DNA from: Camelus ferus
Lineage: Eukaryota
Direction: 5' to 3'
Length of the DNA: 64,000 nt
NCBI RefSeq assembly: GCF_009834535.1
Contig: NC_045713.1
Span: 14,694,001 to 14,758,000, forward strand
Shown: positions 63,005-64,000 of the stretch, piece by piece
Layout: each line of letters opens with the position of its first letter
Numbering within the stretch: position 1 is the first letter of the stretch
Program-made: the position numbers and the translations under genes
The notes under the pieces: generated by a model
What the model saw: the letters and a program-made list of their open reading frames with translations, nothing else
Database searches by the model: none
What the model was told of the DNA's origin: nothing

Positions 63005-63112
63005 CATTATTTGTGCTCCCCAAACCTAAAGTGATCTCCTGTCTAGAGCAAGGGGAAGAGCCGTGGATTCAAAGATCCCTGGAGGTCAGAGAGAGTTCTG
63101 AACTGCCTCCAG
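63005..63112 (+). CDS. ZNF75A: ZNF75A KRAB-B exon (108 nt)
   Basis: ALFVLPKPKVISCLEQGEEPWIQRSLEVRESSELPP; ccacag / gtaagt. Confidence 0.9.
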
Positions 63113-63302
63113 GTAAGTACACCATGGAAAGAGGGGAAATGCCTTGACAGGAACCTTTCCAAGTGCTTACCATTTTATGATTCTTCCTATCTGTTTCTTT
63201 TTTTTTTTTAAATTAGTGTTCATTCTTTTATTTTTCCTCTTCATTACTGTGGTTTTCTTGCTCTGCCATATGGTTAGCCATTTTCTATGTTTATTCCAAC
63301 AG

Positions 63303-63982
<680 letters not shown>

Positions 63983-64000
63983 AGGGAAGCTTGTTTAGTG

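Overview
Mammalian genomic DNA, very likely camelid: it carries several copies of a tRNA-Ala(AGC)-derived SINE matching the Vic-1 type. The gene order is syntenic with human 16p13.3: ZNF200 (-, 5' coding exons; zinc-finger exon beyond the left edge), MEFV/pyrin (-), an intergenic region with a CpG promoter and a decayed zinc-finger exon, ZNF263 (+), TIGD7 (-), and ZNF75A (+, complete CDS). Main departures from the human arrangement: (1) pyrin stops in exon 9, one base before the last splice junction, and the B30.2 exon has three further lesions, so the protein lacks B30.2; (2) ZNF75A has a ~1.6 kb tandem duplication of a frame-symmetric linker-exon + KRAB-A-exon module; (3) TIGD7 has three frameshifts; (4) a 162-bp, 94%-identical inverted repeat lies at 28.8-29.4 kb; (5) a C2H2 zinc-finger relic lies at 33.1-34.1 kb. 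Ten N-runs hide parts of exons and repeats. Exon boundaries were read by hand from GT/AG sites and frame. Human comparisons are from recalled reference sequences and need an alignment check.
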